Shown: positions 61,552 through 64,000 of the stretch, piece by piece | How the letters are laid out: each line of letters starts with the position of its first letter | Position numbering within the stretch: position 1 is the first letter of the stretch | NCBI RefSeq assembly: GCF_902459465.1 | Contig: NC_047081.1 | Location: 2,294,001 to 2,358,000, forward strand | From: Asterias rubens | Lineage: Eukaryota | Length of the DNA: 64,000 bases | Direction of reading: 5' to 3' | Program-made: the position numbers and the translations under genes | The notes under the pieces: generated by a model | Databases searched by the model: none | Told to the model about the DNA's origin: nothing | Seen by the model: only the letters and a program-made list of their open reading frames with translations

Positions 61552-62224
61552 GGTAACGAGTTATATCCGATTGCAGAGCGGCATAACTGAGTCATAATCG
61601 AACCCTACAAGTGCAAATCGGTACAGCAAGATTGAATTATGTTTACCTACCCCATTAGTGATTGTATCTTGTCATTCATAGAGCGAACAGGGATGAAATA
61701 TCATCGGGTCCGAGCTCCAAGTGAACATTCAAATAGAAGAAGTTTTTTTTTTCAGGTTACAGCAATCTTTTCTCTTGCGGTATATATGAGTCACAATTAA
61801 GAACAATAATCACAAAGTTATTAAACTATCAGGAAATTGCAACTTAGAATGCCCGAAAGACGGTTTACATACCACTTGATAAAGCTTTTAATTAATTTGA
61901 ATCAAGTGTTTGGTCTAATTGTACAATTGACAATGGGACCAATCACAATAACTTCACCGGCGCCTTTTGGAAGGAGGCTTGATGGTTTCCTTACGTTTTG
62001 TTAGGAGTCTCGATCGCTTTTCCGCAAAAAAAAAAAAAAAAAAAGGTTCTTTAACTGAATTAGGCCTCGGTGAAAAATTGAACATTAAAAGCGTGTAAGG
62101 GCCTTATATGAAAATGTGCAAACTGCTTTGTTAAAGTAATCAGTTGTGGCAATAAATCGAGGCCAGTTTGATTGTGTTTACAAAGACGAACTGTAAATTA
62201 AAAAATAGCTATTGTACATAAAAC

Positions 62225-62350
62225 AAGGGGAGCTGATTTGACCAGGATTCCGGGTCAGGCCACCTCTAAAAATAGTTTTAAAAAATTGTAACCCGGATTC
62301 TGCGTCAGTTTGACCAATTTCGGGGAATTTTTTTCACGAACTCCGGGTCT
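62225..62350. mobile_element. Fragment of the CACT..AGTG / gacccg family
   Basis: gatttgaccaggattccgggtcagg..gtaacccggattctgcgtcagtttgaccaatttc matches 29690-29810 and 32355. Confidence 0.55.
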
Positions 62351-63654
62351 ATGCCTATTACATTCATCTCTCCCTTTCTCTGGTCGACCGAGGTCGGAAT
62401 CATGTTAAGATTTTCCCTATCTTGTTTAGTCCTCATAAGGTTGGGAAGATAAAATCATATGCACTGAAAATCACACTTTATAATATCTCTGAAATTTGAA
62501 ACATTTAAAAAAAAAAAAAAAAAAAAACATTAAAGTATAACGTACGAGCTCAAAAAGTGAAAAGCTCATACATGTTTTTCCTGCTGAGCTTACAAAATCT
62601 TATCTCGCTCTAATCATCTTGAACCAAAATCTTTACTCATCTTTTTTAAATTACCCCGCCCCGTGCCGTTCCCCTCGGTGTTCCTATTCGAATCATCCCC
62701 GCGTAGCCAAAATTACAAAACCGCAGTGCCACTGTTTCCCCCTTCCCTAAAATTTCTCAGGTTTCTCTTGTCGAGCCCTGTGGCATTTACATAATTGATT
62801 GCTAAGAAAGAGCAATGTTAAAATCATGTCTAATTAAGGTTAACATTCATAAAATGAACTTCAGTAAATAACAAATCTCGCTCCTGGCACTCTGCGTACA
62901 TAAGTTGTGCGTTATTTCCATATAACCTATGGCTGTTGGAGCAAGCCACGGTCAACTACGAGCTGAGTGAAATAGTCACGACGTTATCAATTTATAGTTG
63001 ATATTTAAAACATATCGCTACAAGTTAAGTAAATGCACAGCCGGTTTGTGCTAATTGCTGTGGCGATCTCTGAAAATTTAAGTTTTATCCACTATGATTG
63101 ATATTTTTTGGGAATAACACTCCGCGTTGCGTATACATGTTTCTAACACTGGACTTCATTTGAGGGTATTTTCGAAGTAAATTTACAATTAATTCAACTA
63201 CGAAGAAATTAATATATAATCGAGAGTTTGACATCGTCCCTGGGTAGCCGCTCTATCCCTTAAGCCCACTGCATAATACGTCAAGTGAGCCCTCAGCGGC
63301 GCCACTGGAACTCCATTTTTTATTCTCGATTGTTTTAGCACCTCAAGTGTTAAGGCGGTCAGTTGAATAAAATGAATTTATAATAGCCACATCCCCTATA
63401 TAACCTCGTCGTCATACTTTGTCATCTTTCACGTTGTCATCTGTGCAAGTTTTTTGCCTCGTAGCTTACCTTAAAGAATTAGGCTATCTTAAAGAATGAC
63501 TGTTCTAAAACAAGAGTGTCAAAAAAAAAAAAAAAAAAAAGATTAACAATTAACGCATGACTTTGCCCTCCTGATTTTTATGAAACATGTTGTGTGGCCT
63601 AATACGTTTTAAGATTCTCAAGTAGTTAACACATGGCAATGTGACAATATAATT

Positions 63655-63877
63655 GACATCGGATGCCTGGATTCGGCGGCTACGGCTACTTCGCTGCGTC
63701 ATTCTAGCGTTAAAGTATAGGACATCCCTTACAGTATACCCCTTTTTGTAGCAGTCGTAGCTACTATGCGGCTTCGGTTCCGTGTCATCCCACGTTGACG
63801 GATACTCCGTAATTAGAAACACACTTGGCAACAGTCGTAGCCGGCCGTAGCTCTAGCCGGCAATTCGGATGCGGCCT
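63655..63877. mobile_element. Decayed Harbinger-like MITE related to 34697-34824
   Basis: Right end gccgtagctctagccggcaattcggatgcggcc; left part ggattcggcggctacggctac. Confidence 0.55.
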
Positions 63878-64000
63878 GTGTACTATTTATCCTCGTTGTT
63901 GGCAGGGGCCCCCACCCCAACAGTAATTATGGACATGTTTTCTTATCAGACAAAACAAGGTAAAGACTAAATATCCTTCTCAGCCAGGTAAGACCGTGTC

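Overview
AT-rich eukaryotic genomic DNA, apparently intergenic or intronic. There is no intact, recognisable protein-coding gene, rRNA, true tRNA or CRISPR array. The repeat complement looks like that of a sea star, but this is my recall of such repeats and not a database result. The window is a dense transposon mosaic: (i) at least 13 TTAA-flanked Kolobok/T2-type MITEs in several subfamilies; (ii) PIF/Harbinger-like, CACT..AGTG and fold-back MITEs, one nested in another; (iii) tRNA-derived SINE heads; (iv) decayed CR1/L2 LINE RT and 3' ends with microsatellite tails; (v) a Penelope-like fragment with a degenerate minimal hammerhead motif; (vi) several two- to three-copy tandem duplications of 144-179 bp; (vii) several 0.5-1.3 kb decayed intronless reading frames of unknown origin; and (viii) two N gaps. 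The most unusual signal is a set of very short (8-28 bp) CATRGAG-type inserts. Two are palindromes and most sit between exact 7-bp direct repeats ending in AAC. One interrupts a MITE whose sister copies show the empty site. They look like excision footprints of a P-superfamily-like transposon. Almost all ORFs in the supplied track are artefacts of repeats or are antisense to relics.
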